Source: Schmidtea polychroa
Taxonomy: Eukaryota
Direction of reading: 5' to 3'
Assembly (NCBI GenBank): GCA_044892525.1
Contig: CM097885.1
Location: forward strand, 5,086,001-5,150,000
Length of the DNA: 64,000 nucleotides
Of this stretch, positions 23,184 to 35,684 are shown piece by piece. A model generated the notes under the pieces. That model was not told the origin of the DNA, searched no databases, and saw only the letters and a program-made list of their open reading frames with translations. The translations under genes were made by a program, and so were the position numbers. The stretch's first letter is position 1. Each line of letters begins with the position of its first letter.

Positions 23184-23678
23184 ATGTTTTCAAAAACAAG
23201 GATATCGAGTAAAAAACAACCAAAAGTTCCACCAACAACTAGTTATACTCCATCTAAAGAACTTATTACAGAAAATTTTCCTGCAATGAATCTTATTTCG
23301 AAAAATCCTAAACCTAAACCTAAAAGTAAAACCACTAAGAAAGTAAAAGTTGTTAAAAATCATCGGAGTTTCTCGTTTTTCAATACATTGTTAAAGGCAC
23401 CAAGTATGAAAAGAAACAGTATTTTGCAATCTTTTCCAAATTATGTTGTCGATGATTTACTCGATATTATACTTAAAGTAGTCAAAGGCAAGATTAAAAT
23501 CAGTAAATCTAAAAAGCAATTATTGAGTAAACATAGGAAACCTTTGCTATCATTAGTAAATAATAAAAATCGTCAACAAGTGAGAAAAATTATATATAAA
23601 CAACAAGGGGGATTTATCGGTGCATTGATACCTTTAACAATATCATTATTAGGTGAAATAATAGGAAGTCGATCATAA
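23184..23678 (+). CDS. Basic Polinton virion core-like protein with a C-terminal QQGGF motif
   Basis: Lys-rich 164 aa ending QQGGFIGALIPLTISLLG, resembling an adenain cleavage site followed by an amphipathic peptide. Confidence 0.7.
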   Translation: MFSKTRISSKKQPKVPPTTSYTPSKELITENFPAMNLISKNPKPKPKSKTTKKVKVVKNHRSFSFFNTLLKAPSMKRNSILQSFPNYVVDDLLDIILKVVKGKIKISKSKKQLLSKHRKPLLSLVNNKNRQQVRKIIYKQQGGFIGALIPLTISLLGEIIGSRS

Positions 23679-23681
23679 ACA

Positions 23682-23909
23682 ATGGGTGCTAATCCTTCAT
23701 TACCAGACATTAAATTTTATATTAAATCTTCTTGTTGTAATGGAGAAGATTTGGACGAACCCCGAAGACGAAGCCGGTTTCGGTGGAGTGGCAAAATTAA
23801 ACAAAAGAGTTCCGAATTCGAAAAAAGAAACCCAGAAGTGGTTATCAGACCAGCTTGCGTACAGTTTGAACAAACCAATGCAGAAACGATTCCCAACAAG
23901 AGTATATAA
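23682..23909 (+). CDS. Small overprinted ORF, putatively myristoylated and palmitoylated
   Basis: MGANPS (G2/S6 myristoylation consensus), SSCC and an Arg cluster; starts 4 nt after the upstream stop and overlaps the integrase in another frame. Confidence 0.5.
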   Translation: MGANPSLPDIKFYIKSSCCNGEDLDEPRRRSRFRWSGKIKQKSSEFEKRNPEVVIRPACVQFEQTNAETIPNKSI

Positions 23910-24140
23910 AACATATGGAATAAATGATTTATGGCAAATAGATTTGATGGAGATGATACCTTATTCGAAAATTAACAATGGGTATAAATATATTTTAACA
24001 TGTATTGATGTATTCAGTCGGTTTGCCCGAGCAATACCTGTCAAGGCAAAATCTGCAGATGAAATGTCTAAAGCTGTTAATGATTTATTTAAAGATGGAC
24101 ATCCTAATAACTTGCAAACGGATTTAGGTATTATTATTAC

Positions 24141-24210
<70 letters not shown>

Positions 24211-24711
24211 TTAGGTAAAGAATTCTACAATAGCAAATTCAAGCAAATCCTCAATAAATTGAAAATAAATCACTACTCAGTACATTCTCAATACAAAGCT
24301 GCCCATGTTGAAAGATTTAATCGAACATTGAGAGATAGATTAAAGAAATTGTTCGTGCATCAAGGTAATAAAAAATGGGTAAATGCTTTACCGAAAATAT
24401 TAACAAGTTATAATTATTCATCACATTGAGGACTGATTGGATTGAGACCGGTTGATATTACATCAAAAACATTCTATTCTAAAATATCTGTAAAAATTGC
24501 AAAACCTAAATATAAAGTCGGTGACCATGTTAGAATTAGTAAAATTAGTGCATCACCATTTATTAAAAATTTTGATACAAATTGGAGTGATGAAGTCTTT
24601 ATAATTTCAAAAATAAATACTAAACAGAATCCTGTAATGTATGTCATCAGCGATTATGATAACAATATTGTACAAGGAAAATTTTATGAGCAAGAATTAC
24701 AAGTTAAGTGA
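23740..24711 (+). pseudogene. Retroviral-like (c-)integrase of Polinton-2; intron 24128-24214; one premature TGA
   Basis: WQIDL, YILTCIDVFSRFA, LQTDLG|KEF, KAAHVERFNRTLR, YNYSSH*GLIGLRP, KYKVGDHVRIS, NWSDEVF, GKFYEQELQ. Confidence 0.93.
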
Positions 24712-25682
24712 ATTTTTATACTATTTTACCAAGCAATAGTTGCCCGCTTATTCATCCAGATAATCAAGCCATTAAATTCATGGTCAATCTCCAGAATCCG
24801 ATTTCTTTAAATGGTGACTGGGAATTTGCACTGCAAGATTTTACATTCGTGTACAATACATTCCCATTTTATAGTCAATGTAAGATTGATTTCAAAAGGA
24901 ATGCTATGAAAACATGTAGTGGTATCTTTATTATCAGTAATTATGATAAAACATATCATATTCCGAATCAAATATTAGATCCGCATTACTCTATGTTTTA
25001 CAAGGATGGATTAAATATCAGTTGTGATTTTAAACCATTTACAATAACATTCGAATATATTGAAGATGCCAAACGATTGGGTTGCAATAAGTTGAAAAAT
25101 GAAGTTATGGAAACAGAATATTTATTACGCTTTAATCTATTTGAAGCAAACAGTGTAATGAGAGAAGAAATCAAAATATCAGTGTCGTATAATAATGAAG
25201 TTTAAGAATCATTTACCTTTGCTGATGAATTATATTTTGATAAACTTGATGTGTTACTTAAATATTTAAAGTACAATTGTTCACACATATTTAAAAGTTT
25301 GGACATTGTGAAAGATTTGATGTTTACATTCAGTTTGAATGATGATATTTGCGAAGTTACATTTGATAAAAATTTGACAAATACACTTGGATTAGAGAAG
25401 CAGCAATATCGGGAAAAATCGGCTGGTATACATAAACCAAGAATACTTGAACATCATCAACAAATGTTCATATATACTAATATTATTGAGCCTATAATTG
25501 TTGGTGATTCCAGTGTTCCTCTATTGAAATCGGTGTGGATTGGAAAATATGAACATGATGAAGTTGTCAATATAAATATAGATAATCCCATGTATTTACC
25601 AATTTCAAGCTCATGTATAAACAATATAGAAATAAATATTCGTGACGATAGTGGAAAATATAAAATGATGATTGCTTGGTAG
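24708..25682 (+). pseudogene. Minor capsid (penton)-like protein; one in-frame stop, C-terminus apparently truncated
   Basis: FYTILPSNS..P.N...F...L..PI.L.GDWEFAL and MFIYTNIIEPIIVGDSSVPLLK..PMYLPI....NNIEINIRDDSG. Confidence 0.85.
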
Positions 25683-26183
25683 CAGCATTTATTATTTAAA
25701 ACAATAAAATGATAATTTAAGCCTTTTGCTGCAAATAATGTATTTAATGAAAGAATTTTCGACTATACGATAGTCCTTGTCAATCTCCTGGAATTTAGCA
25801 ATGTTCTTCCCCAAATACCTTTCAATCTTTCTTTTATTTCCATTCTCTTAATTCTCATTGGTTGTAAATATAATGAATTGTTTTACTAAAAACTTTTAAA
25901 ATTTTTACATTTAAAATTTCAAAATGACACAAACTAAAAATTTTTAAATTTTTTACAGCTTCTATAATTAGCTTCTAGAAGCCTAAATAAAAATATGTGA
26001 AAATATTTTAAATAAAGCCTCCAATAACTACTTATATATGCTATTTAAATATTTCAATAAATGTGTCAATATTGATTTTCAAACCCTATTTTTTAAAATT
26101 TTTTTTTTATATTATTCTAATTATTACTTTTTAATTTATTCTATTTTTTTAATTTCTTTATATATTGTCAGTTATTCTCAAAG

Positions 26184-28060
26184 TCAATGACAACAGATCA
26201 AATTCAAGATTTCATTGATTTTTTCTTTAGTGTTGATCTTTGGCTGTCTGTTTATGATGAGAATTGCTTCTTTGATTCTGACATTTTTCTTTTGGATGTT
26301 TCCATTAGCTATGATTTCTATTGAAATATTTTTTCTTTCTTCTGTTGGCTGACACTGCCGGAGATGTCTGCCCAACGAGGATGTTCCCCCAGGATCTAGA
26401 TGTTCTTTAAGTCTTTGGTGCAATGTCCTGAGGGTTCTTCCAATGTAGATTTCATTGCATACATTGCACGTGATGCAATTGACGATGTTTTTTCTAAAGC
26501 ACATATCTTTCGGTGTCTGGCAGTTTTTCATTGTGCAATTGTTTTCTCTATTTATGTTGCCTGCCAGAGCCCTTCTCAATGTCCAAGATTTATGTGCTAT
26601 CCGAATTGGAAGACCGGTACGTTTAAGTTCTTTCAGGATCTTGAAGTCGAGTATGTCACTGATGAATGGGATATTCAGATAGAAATATTTCTGATTCTTT
26701 TGTGTTAATTCCCTAGATCTTCTTGGGGTAGAATTCATTCTTTCAATGTCCTCACCTTGGTATCCGTTTCGGCGTAGGATTTTATTGAAATTTGATTGCT
26801 CTTTAAAGTTTTCGTTTTTCTCCGTGCATCGATTGGCTATTCTTCGTTTCTCGTTTCTTATGACATGTACTTTCTGTAAGTATGGAAGCGCTGATCTTTG
26901 GTGCATAAATATTTCTTTGCGAGCTGGTTTTCTGTAGAACCCGTATGTTGGAGTATTTTCTTCTATTTTGATTCTCAAATCCAATAAATTGAGGGATCCA
27001 TCTTCTTCCGGATATTCGATTTCGAACTTAATATCTTGATGAGCCGCATTGAATGTATGAAATATTTCCTCCGCTTCTTTTTTGTTTTTGGTCGTGATGA
27101 AGATATCATCTACATATCTTGCATAGAAACCGATGGGTTGTATGGTCCTCAGTGTCTGTCGTTCGAGGTTATCCATAAAGATGATTGCTAGCAGTCCTGA
27201 TATGCTAGAACCCATAGGCAGACCTTTAACTTGTTTATAGATATTTTGTTCAAAGGTAAAATAGGTGTTCTCGAGGATAACAGTAAGTAGTTTGGTGATA
27301 TTCTCGATATTCATTTCCTTTTTTAACAAGTTGCTTTCTCTTAATTTCTTTTCTAAACATTGAATAGCCTCTGTTGGTTCGATAGATGTGTATAGTGATA
27401 CGACATCAAGACTAAATGGGTATTGGAATTCTCTATGACAAATCAAGTTATTATTTAGTCTTGTCATGAGGCAGTCGCTGCTTTGAAGATGGTGTGGTAT
27501 CGTGTCTAATAAAGGTTTCAAGATCTTTGCAAGGAGCCAACTTGTTTTAGTTGTTGGTCCATTTTTGTTGGACACTATAGGTCTAATTTTGATACCAGGA
27601 CCCTCTTTGTGAGTTTTAATTAGGTGGTAGAAGTTAGGAAGATCAGAATTTTTTGTGACGAAGCTGTTGGTTATTCTGTTGTTGAGCCTCATTTCCAAAG
27701 CTATGGCTTTCCATACTTTGTTGATCTTCATTTCGATGGTGTTTGGTGACATGCGGCTGACTTTCTTGTATGTTTCGATGTTGCCGAGGTGTTCGTAACC
27801 AGCTTCACAGTAACGATTCTTCTCTATAATGCAAAATTCTCCCCCCTTGTCACTTGGTAAGTAGACGTACGGTTTCTTTTTAAGGGATTTTAATATTGCC
27901 TGTTCGTCTTTCGTTAGGTTTGAGAGATATGGTTTTCTTCTTTCCTTCTCAACTATCTCCATGATTTTGTGACAGACCTTTGAGAGTGTTGAATCTAATT
28001 CTGCATCAGGATTTGGTTGATAGAGTTTATCTGTGTTTATGTATACTGGGAGCTGGTTTT
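26184..28060 (-). mobile_element. Penelope-like retroelement (RT + GIY-YIG), 5'-truncated; open 592-aa ORF at 27962-26184
   Basis: SDKGG, LIKTHK..IRPIVS, FSLDVVSLYTSI, GLPMGSSIS, RYVDD, LNLLDL, FYRKP, CNVCNEIYIGRT.R.L..R..EH, KEAILI..QPKIN. Confidence 0.95.
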
Positions 28061-28065
28061 CGCTA

Positions 28066-30256
28066 TTTTCATTTTCATATGTAAATAAATTAAAATCATG
28101 TAAAATTCAATTTTGTCTAAAGGTGGAATTTATAAAAGATGATGAGTTACAATCTTTTGTAATCTCGGATTCCGCCCGAGTTTGGAGCGATACATTCATT
28201 GACGAAGGTATTGCTCGTTTAAATGAAAAAATAATTAAAATTAATGAGAAAGGTAGTAATTGGACTATCAATAAAATAGAATACATAAGCCTTTCATTGG
28301 CCTTTCAAAATATCATTCATGGAATATTAGTTGTATTCCTTTAACCAGCGAGAAATTCCTTAGTCTTTTTGCTAGGATTGACTCATTAACTGTTAAATTT
28401 ATAGACTCTTATCAATTTGTCAGCGAGTCTTTAAATAATGCTGTCAAAACTTTATCATCTTTACCCTTGACCGAATCAGAATTTCAGGGTACAATAATAT
28501 CTGCAAAGGGATTTTTCCTTATGATGCCGCAACTTCATTAGAGGTTTTACATAACACTCGTCAGTTACCTCCTATTTGGAAAGATGTGACTCCCGCTGAA
28601 TATGAGACAGCTCAGCGAATTTGGGTTGAAACTTCATGTACTTCACTTTTCGATTACATGATGGTTTATTTAAAACTTGATGTTTTCCTTTTAGCCGATT
28701 TTTTCCAGCAATTTAGAGCTAAGTCCATTGCTCATAACCGACTAGAGCCATTAAATTTCTTAGGGATTCCAGGTATGTCTTGGAATTCAGCCTTATTAAC
28801 TTTAAGCTCTCCAATTGAGCTCCTCACCGATATGGAGATGTATAACTTTTTCGAGGGCGGTATCCGTGGCGGACTAACTTTTGTAAATAAACATTATGTA
28901 AAAACAGACCCGGATACCGCTTTACTTTACATAGATATAAATAATTTATACGGTTGGGCTTTAAGTCAACCATTACCTTGCAGTGACTTTGAATGGGTTA
29001 CTGATGATAATTTATTAAATAATATAATTTTTGAATGCACAACGGTAGATTTAGATCTGCTTGATTATGGTTATACCATAGAAGTGGATTTAGAAATACC
29101 GACGTCAATTCACGACAAACTGGACGATCTTCCCGTTGCCGCTGAAAAGATGTGTGTACCAGGTTCGAAAATAGAGAAGCTGTTGCTTACACACAGCCCC
29201 AAGAGGAACTATGTTCTTCATTGAAGGCTTCTACAAATATTTATTAAATTAGGTGTTAAAATATCAAAAACACATAGAGCAATTAAATTTAAACAAGATA
29301 AAATTTTCAAAAATTATATTAACACAAATACGGCGTTACGAGCAGCGTCGACAAATAAACTCGATAAAAATTTTTATAAATTATTAAACAACAGTCTTTA
29401 CGGCAAGACTGTTGAAAATCTTAAAAAACGTATTAATTTACGTCTGTGTAATTCTTCACAGAGATTATTAACATTCTGTTCGAAACCGACTTTTCGTAAA
29501 TCCACGAAAATCGATGATGACTTGATTTCGGTTTTATTGAGGAAGGACATAGTGTGTTTGAATAGACCTAGTTACATTGGTCAAACCGTACTTGATTTAT
29601 CCAAACTTCGCATGTACCAGCTGCAGTATGAAGAGTTGCAAAAATATCGCGACGAATTCAACTGCGAAATTAATATTGTTGCTGGAGACACAGATTCCTT
29701 CTTCTTGGAAATTAAACATTGTAGTCTTGACATTCTTTTACCTGCGATGATTAGAGATCAATTATTAGATACTTCGAATTATGACTCAAATCATCCTTTA
29801 TATAGTAGGAACCTTGATTCTGTCATTGGTAAATTCAAAGACGAGAATAAAGGGTTATTATATAAAGATTGGGTGTTCTTGAGACCTAAATGTTACAGTT
29901 TGATGGGTGATGAGGAAAGTATGAAGGCTAAGGGGATAAGTATGAAAGATACTGGACTAACACATCAGTCGTATCTAGATTGCTATTTAAATGATAAAAT
30001 ATACACAGTCCCTCAGTTTAGAATAACGTCAAAAAATCACCAACTTTTTAGTATTAAAAATAATAAAAGAGCCTTGACATGTAGAGATGATAACCGAAAT
30101 TGGGTGAATAAAAATCAAAGTTTGGCATATGGCCATTATAATGGCGGTGACACCGATATATTTATAGATTCAACGAAAGCTATCTCAGCAGATGATACAG
30201 ATGATTTCCATGATCCAGCAGATGATAATTATTTTGGACATGATTATTTTCGATGA
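28066..30256 (+). pseudogene. Polinton-2 pPolB DNA polymerase, N-terminally deleted
   Basis: KGSNW, FIDSYQF, KGIFPY, YLKLDVFLLAD, GIRGG, YIDINNLYG, YKLLNNSLYGKTVEN, LDLSKLRMY, GDTDS, GKFKDE, LRPKCYS, KAKGI; one frameshift, one TGA and an internal deletion near 28320. Confidence 0.95.
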
Positions 30257-30439
30257 TGTGTTTAAATTATTTAATAAATGTATTAGTCATATTGTCTTGA
30301 ATATTTTTTTAACAGTAACTTTGTGAACAATTTTTTTTATACATTGTGTGTGTAATAATATTATGTTTAAGTTTTGTTAGTTACCTTTATGACCTTTACC
30401 CAGTGTGTTTTGTGACCTTTACCTTTGTGAGCAGTACCC

Positions 30440-30511
<72 letters not shown>

Positions 30512-30957
30512 TTAGAAAATGTGTTTTATTACATTGTTTAATAATATCATTGTACCCTTGCGAGTTGTTGAGCGTGACCAGTACCCTTGTGAGCAGTACC
30601 CATAAGGGGACAGAATATTTTGTCGGATAGACTCGGAGTATATAGATTAATAATAATAATATATCAATAGCTATCGATGAGAACACTAACTTGTTGCGTG
30701 TGTGGACACTAATAATATTTTTTATACATTGTGTGTGACAGAATATCTTGTCTGATAGACTATATTGTGTGTAATAATAATTTTATCAACTTAACCGTCA
30801 AAATAAGTTTTTTTAAAATACAGCAACGTAATATAAATTTAAAAAAAAATATTTAAAAAAAAAAACCCCTCCCCCGAGGGGTATGACATCATATGTCTTT
30901 GTGACGTCATCGATGCCGTCATATGTCTTTGTTCCCGGGTCCACACAATACCCTACT
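30440..30957 (-). repeat. Right TIR of Polinton-2
   Basis: Inverted match to the left TIR. Confidence 0.93.
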
Positions 30958-31199
30958 TACAATCTTTTGTTTTTTTGTTCCAATGATATTTCAATTTTTC
31001 TCTCTGGTCTTCAAATTGTTTAGTTAATTTAATTTTTGACAGACGATACATCTTAAGCAACGATCATGGTAAAAAGATCTGAAGAAACGTGGGAAAACTT
31101 AAAAGGAAGATTGAAATTTGTTTAAATAACACACAAATAGAAGATATAAAATATTTGAGTGCATAATTTATTAAATAAAATTTATGGAGTTATTTAGTA

Positions 31200-32266
31200 A
31201 TTTACCAACCGATGTTAATCTTTTAACGGATGAGAATCCTAATGAAATATATTGTGGTAAAGTTTCCATTTAATAATTGTTTATTTCAATCAAATATCAT
31301 CATTCAAAGGTCAAATAAATCATTGTTCAAATTGCCGTTTATATTCCTCAATTGCCTCTTTCAATTGCTCCCTATCAATTTTGCCATTGCAGAAAAATTC
31401 CCCTTCAAAATGTAAAACTGGAATTTTATCATAATATTTTTGATTATATTTCCAATTTCTCATGATTTTGATATCAATCTCATTGAAATTGAGCTGAAAT
31501 TATTAAATATAATTAAATAAATATTTATTATATCATTTACATCACAATCTATTATATCCTCGATTGTCTCCTTACCTTTGATACATTTGTCACATCCTTC
31601 TCTCATAAATAAAGTTACAGAAGGTTTCTGGTATCCGATTGAACGAGACAATAATCTCATTGCAAATCTTTCAAATTTCCAGTTCATGTATTTGTTAATA
31701 AATCGTTGATTGATTAAAACACGAGACCTTTCATATAGAACTAAGCGATCCTAAATAGTTTGAAATCATACATTTTATTATACATAAATGTTTGCCTGAT
31801 TTTCAATAATTGATTTGATAAATTTTATTATTTTGCTAATCATATTTTCACATTCAGAAATTCCTTTTGTTATAATCATTCAATTGATAAACATTGATAA
31901 ATAGATATAATAATCATTTCAAATCTGAATATTGCTTACATTGCTTAGTTGGAATGATGCATTGTTACGGATCCTATGTTAAACCTTCATTGCGAATAAT
32001 TGCAAAAAATCGGTTACAATTTGATAGAGCTATTAAAAGTATTCCGGATTCAATTGCAACAGATGTAAAGTATATTTTAAATTTCTCAACTAGTTATTTT
32101 ATAATTAAAGCTTACCTTATATGATTATGAGGTTCATGATAATATCCATGGCAAGTACATAAATGAGTTGCCTATTTTCATTTTTCAAGATCAATTTTTC
32201 AGTTGGCATGATATTGATAGGAAATATTTGCAATTCGCCATTCGGCAATATCAGCTCGACAGCCAT
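31200..32266 (-). pseudogene. Possible intron-containing host gene of unknown function, probably disrupted
   Basis: ATG at 32266 (MAVELILPNGELQIFP), GTAAG donors and coding-like segments (DRLVLYERSRVLINQRFINKYMNWKFERF); the frames do not join cleanly. Confidence 0.35.
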
Positions 32267-33289
32267 TTTGAAAAATAATTTTATTTTGTGTTTATTAATA
32301 AAATTGTGTTATTTTTGTTAATTAGTGTCATATAGTTGCGGAGAGAGATTATCCTCCTGTTACAGAAGCAGAATTGATGGTGCAATGTTATTTTGTGCAG
32401 GTTTGCGTGAGTTGAACGTAAAATATTTGGAAATAAGAAATGATTTAATATAATATATTCAATTAATTTCTATACAAGTTTTCATTAATTTTTAAAGTAA
32501 ACCGTTTATTCTTGTAATTTTGAATCAAGTTTATACATTGACAAGCATGGAATGAATGAAAGGTTTATTTTTTGCATTGTTATGAATGTTTGGTGGCGAT
32601 ATTTGACAGGTAGGTACATGGTATAATGGCTGATATTAGGTAATCATTAATATTAAAAAAAAGTTTTTATGTTTACTGCTGATTGCTGGTTAATTGTAAA
32701 ATCCACATTTTGTCGGTTCTTGCTCCAGTGATACGATGGGAAATACGCGTTAACTCACGTACTCCAAACTGTTGGGTAAAACTGAATTTAGGCCCATTTA
32801 GGCAGAGCGGGCCTTAGAAAACTTTGAAATAATGCCACTCTAAGGGCGTAATAAGATTGAATAGTCAGTTTCCATGTGAGTAATCGCAATGTCGGCCTTT
32901 GACAATCCTTTGCAATATAGAAAGTGATATTAATAGAACAAAGCACAACAAATATTATTTTTCATAATTTTGCCGTCCCTTGAAATAATGCCCCTCTAGA
33001 CAGCCGGCACGTCAATTAGGAGTAACGTAATCAGAATGCGTTGGAAGATACTAGTAGGTAAATAGTAGCGTACGGCAGCAATTATGTAATCAAAAAAGCA
33101 GAAAATGTATACGGCAGTCAACTGTTCTGCTGCCGTAATTTAAGGTCTCAGGATATTTTCAATACAAAAATCCGATTATGACTAAAAAAGCATGGATTTT
33201 TCGAATAAAATTCAGGTGGGTCTTCTTGGTCCTGAGAATTTCAATAGAAAAAGGTGGTCTACACTAAAAACACGGTAAATCTTTTAAAA

Positions 33290-34960
33290 TAAAGCAAATT
33301 ATGGGTCTAAAAATTGAATTACAGTAAATTATGGGCTAAGATTTTTGAATTAAAGTAATCAATGGTCAATAAATTTAATTTAAAGTTAAATAAGAAAATT
33401 AAGGGCTAAATTATGAAATTAAAGTTAATTAAGAGCTCAAATAAGTAAATTAAGGTCCAAAATTTTGAATTACAATAAATAATAGTTCTAATAATTGAAT
33501 TAAAGTAATCAATGGGTTCAAATAAGTTAATTAAGGTTCAAATTTTTAAATTAAAGTTAACTAAGGTCCAAATATTTGAATTAAGGTAAATTATGGTTCA
33601 AAAAATTAAATTAAAGTAATCAATGGATTCAAATAAGTAAATTAAGGTTCATATTTTTAAATTGAAGTAAATAATGGTTCAAATTTTAAATTAAAGTAAA
33701 TCAAGGTCCAAAATTTTAAATTAAAGTAATGAATGGGCTCAAATAACTAAATTAAGGTTCTAAAAAATTAAATTAAAGTTAATTAAGGTCTAAATTTTAA
33801 AATTAAGTAATCAATAGTCAAAAATTTTAAATTAAAGATAAATAAGAAAATTAAAGTAATGTAATAAGTAAATTAAAGTAAGATTTTTAAATTTATTAAC
33901 AAAAAGTTGGAATAAAAGTAGGGGTTTGAGAATTGAAATTTTTTAATGAAAATTTTTATGAAATAATTTTTAAGATAATTTTTAATGAAAATGTTTATGA
34001 AATATTTTTCAAAGACAAATTTTAAAAATAATAATTCAACAACAAACCAACAATCAGATACCAAGTACAAGATACCAACAACTTAGTACCAACAAACAGT
34101 AACTTACGAACATGTATTTACAACCAGTTACCTGATACCAAGTACTTACAACTAGATACTAAGTACTAACAACCGACAACAACCAGGTACTAAGCACTAT
34201 CAACCAAGTACTAACAACCAGGTACAAGATACCTAGTACTAAGCACTGTCAACTAGACACCAAGAACTTACAACCAGATGACCACATGAAATTATTGGTT
34301 AAAAAAGTAAATTGATGTCTAATTTTAAAATTTAAGTAATCAATTTTCTAAAATATTAAAGTTAAAGTCAATTTTAAGATGAAAGTTTTCTGTGATTTTC
34401 AATATTAATTTTAGATGCAAATCTTCGTCAATTAATCAATGACCACATGAAAATAAGGGTTATAATTAGTTGTTTAGTAAACTATGGTGTAAAATTAAGT
34501 AATGAAGGATAAATAGGTAAATTAAGAATAAGTAAATTAAAGTTAAAAATTTCAAATAGGTAAATTAAAGTCCAAATTTTAAAATTAAGTAATCAATGTT
34601 CTAAAAAATTAAATGAAAGTTAAATAAGTAAATTAAAGTAATAATTTTTAAATAAGTAATGTAATATGTAAATAAAAGTAAGATTTTTAAATTTATTATC
34701 AAAAGATTGAATAACCACCAACAAATTTTGAGAAATGTAATTTTTAATGAAAATTTAAATGTAAAATTTTTTTAATGTAATTTTTAATGGAAATTTTAAT
34801 GAAATCATTTTTTAAGTTAATTTTTATGAAATATTTTTTTAAAGATAATTTTAAATACAAATTTCAATGAAATAATAATAATAATCATAATAATAATATT
34901 AATAATAATAATGATAACAATAATAATAATTCAACAGTTACCAACAACCAGATACTAAAT
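33290..34960. repeat. Degenerate tandem repeats (~30 bp AAATTAAAGTAA..GGT units; ACCAAGTAC units) with a duplicated block
   Basis: Visible periodicity at 33290-33870 and 34050-34290; ~33800-34060 recurs at ~34570-34960. Confidence 0.7.
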
Positions 34961-35684
34961 ATTTTTCACTATGTGGTAACAAATAAGTTTCAAATACTTA
35001 CAACATGATGCCATGTAATAACTAACTCTTAAACAACTAGATACCTACAAAAACCTACTAAATATTCTTCACTGTATTTTATGAAATGCTTTTAAAAATA
35101 ATTTTTTATCAGTCTTCAAAAATATGTTTAATTACAATCAGTAGAAAAACCTTTTCAAAATGTCTAAATTTAACAAAAATGATGATTTTCATCAAAAATA
35201 AATGATAATCAACTCATCACTACGTGGAATTGATGATAATTTAAATTAAAATGAAAGACCACAGAATTCTAATTTACAAAACATTCTTCTTTTAATTGAT
35301 TACCACTGACTTATTATTGCAAAGTAAAAATCGCATTCAATAAATACTTATTGTTGATCAGTTTTATTATATATACTCTGAGTTTATCCGACAGGATGTT
35401 TTGATCCCCTAAAGGTACTGGTCATAAGGGTATTAGTTGTAAGGGTATTGGTCGTAAGGGTATAAGTCGTAGTGGTACTGGTCGTAAGGTTATTGCTAAC
35501 ACTCATCCATTAACTAGATACTAACAACCACCATCAAAACACATCGAGAAATTAACAAATATCAACCTACAACTAGATACTTACAACCGAATACCTGCTA
35601 CCAAGTACCAACAATCAACTAAAAACACATAAAAATAATAGCAATTAAATACAAAATATTATTCATCACATACAATATCTTCTT

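Larger units (their letters stand above)
18939..30957 (+). mobile_element. Polinton/Maverick (Polinton-2): both ends intact, internally deleted, with a Penelope insertion
   Basis: Termini AGTAGGGTATTGTGTGG...CCACACAATACCCTACT, 6-bp TSD TACAAT (18933-18938 / 30958-30963). Encodes ATPase, integrase, penton-like protein and pPolB; no major capsid or protease recognised. Confidence 0.97.

Noticed and set aside
25900..26183. Hammerhead ribozyme in the 3' region of the large Penelope
   Set aside because: No CTGANGA core found on the element strand.
26400..26937. Plus-strand ORFs over the Penelope ORF (and similar antisense ORFs over the pogo and hAT transposases)
   Set aside because: Antisense shadows of real coding sequences.
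2935..29224. In-frame TGA codons at likely Trp/Arg positions (e.g. 3034, 24427, 29222) suggesting a TGA-recoding genetic code
   Set aside because: TGG is used freely, TGA ends intact ORFs (ATPase, Penelope), and the same genes have TAA stops and frameshifts; ordinary decay explains it.
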